A DNA stretch of 54,050 nucleotides, counting the filler, from Ionaspis alba (lineage: Eukaryota), in the NCBI GenBank assembly GCA_964255285.1. It is 2 parts of 2 records of this genome, joined end to end, with 100 filler letters (N's around TTAATTAATTAA, not from the genome) between each part and the next. Parts side by side here need not be neighbours in the genome. Positions count along the whole stretch, not along the records: positions 27,126 to 54,050 come from CAXUUL010000141.1; 1 more part is not named here. One strand, given 5' to 3'. The notes under the pieces were generated by a model that was given only the letters and a program-made list of their open reading frames with translations, was not told the origin of the DNA and did no database searches. Position 1 is the stretch's first letter. Each line of letters begins with the position of its first letter. A program made the translations under genes and the position numbers. This document shows, piece after piece, positions 52,530 through 54,050 of the stretch.

Positions 52530-53353
52530 ATGCCTCTTTGTCGGTATTACATGAGCGGAAGATGCAAGTTTGGAAAGAAGTGTTTGAACGAGCACGATGA
52601 CAGACACTTGATGCCTGTATGCACCAGATACAAGGAAGGAGTCTGCACATTTGGAGATACGTGCAAATTTCGACATGTTGAGAACGTGGTAAGCCTGTCT
52701 GTTCACCTCTCTCGTTCATCAAGCTGACCGTACAGTAGGAAAGACCTGAGGTTTGGAAAACCAGAGCCGCCGTGCCGTGGACATCTGATAAGAAGTCCCA
52801 AGACCGAGTTATGTCCGGTTGCCACGTCACATTCGGAGTTGACGCAGCCGTCAGTCGTATTCAGATTTTTGCCAGTCTGCCCGATCAAACCATACCAAAG
52901 TGTCTTCTTTGTAACAACAATGCTCTCCAGCCATACACGACACCGTGCGACCATACGTATTGTGCGAAATGTATCAAAAAGCACTGCTTGACCAGCAACA
53001 TCCCCGTCCAATGTTTTGAAATCAACTGCCGATACCGCTTCAACATCGATGAGCTGCAAAAAGCACTCTCGGCTGGTGCTATAGAGAATCTGCTCAGATG
53101 CTCATTCCTCGAACAGGTTCGGGCAAATGCTGCAGAGTTGCAGTTTTGCCCCTCATCTTACTGCGACACCGTCTATGCTGTTTCAAAAGATGGAACGCCG
53201 GCCATCTGCACCCGGTGCGGCAAGCTCATTTGCACAGCTTGTAAGAGGTTCGCGCATTATGGAAAGACATGTGAAGAGTCTCAAGAAGCAGCATCGGACG
53301 AGGAAGATGCCTTGGAGGCTTGGACCGGTGGGGAAACAGCCGGCAGACAGTAA
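52530..53353 (+). CDS. Two CCCH zinc fingers plus RING1-IBR; truncated RBR E3 ligase-like protein (257 aa), possibly a pseudogene
   Basis: Exons 52530-52688 and 52739-53353. CRYYMSGRCKFGKKCLNEH and CTRYKEGVCTFGDTCKFRH. RING CLLC..PCDHTYCAKC..PVQC..C. IBR FCPSSYCDTVY..CTRC..ICTAC..H..TC. Stop precedes any RING2. Confidence 0.7.
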
Positions 53354-54050
53354 GCTGCCCATCAATGTCACAGCTTCAACGCATACTGAGAAGAGCAAGC
53401 AGACTCGATGAGCTGAGTGGAATCACTGGGAACGGACAAACAGATTTGATCGATTTTTGACTTGTTGAAGATTGCTGCACGAAGCGTACGAACGCTTGAA
53501 TTGACATCACTCGTCCCTCGTAGCTATCCGTTTCGAGGACGGCCTCCCACACTGGAGGAGCCTTTGGTCGTACGTAGATGGTTGAGAAGTTGCCGACAAG
53601 TGCTAGTTTCATCTCATCACACAAAAGATCTGTTCTACAAGCTGTTCCATGCAGCCCGGTGCTCTCGTTATCCGTGCGGCACTCAGAACAGATCCACATT
53701 AGTCAATCCTTCGTCCCTAGCCTCAATTCTACCAAATGCTTATGCCTCTATTTCATGTACTGCTGCGGAGGCACGAGTAATATGAAAGTGTAAGTTCAAT
53801 TTCTTACTCGCTACAAATCTTATTGGAAGAGGGCGAAGAAGTCTAACCAACCATGCTCGTAAACAGATCTTCGTTTTGTAATCGTGATGCATCTTATACT
53901 ATCCGAGCCATTAGCAGCGAGCAGTCTTTCAATGCGTTCAGCAAATTGAAGCGGTCCTCGATTTCTGCTACTCGCAGATAGGGATATCCATCATCTTTTC
54001 ACTCTCAGTCGGCTTGGCTACCAATGCCCCTTTGTGGACAAGGCGAAATA

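Overview
Intron-containing genomic DNA of a filamentous ascomycete (Pezizomycotina-type GT-AG introns with CTRAC branch sites); the exact lineage cannot be fixed from this window. I built 17 gene models by hand. Each sums to a whole number of codons except the peroxidase, which spans a 10-N gap. Housekeeping genes: Nrc-2/Fpk1-type kinase, mitochondrial ribosomal protein S5, UCS chaperone CRO1/She4, Prp43, BNA6, COX20, a Sec7-PH Arf-GEF and Spt10. An accessory block at about 7.4-20.4 kb holds a head-to-head pair: a 560-aa secreted beta-rich protein of unknown function and a bilirubin-oxidase-type multicopper oxidase. Their shared 1.79-kb promoter carries 9 PacC (GCCARG) sites, and a secreted class II peroxidase follows. 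This pair is the best candidate for an undescribed system (a pH-regulated extracellular oxidase plus partner protein, possibly for Mn(II) or pigment oxidation; this is inference). Also present: an SDR beside a 5'-truncated P450, a mitochondrial LEA-like protein, an intronless HD-like orphan, a lipase-NB-ARC NLR-like gene with a possible lipase-only isoform, a candidate intronic H/ACA RNA in BNA6, a GC-AG intron, decayed RBR-ligase genes and three assembly gaps (one with an artificial six-frame-stop linker). Family assignments rest on motif recognition; no database search was run.
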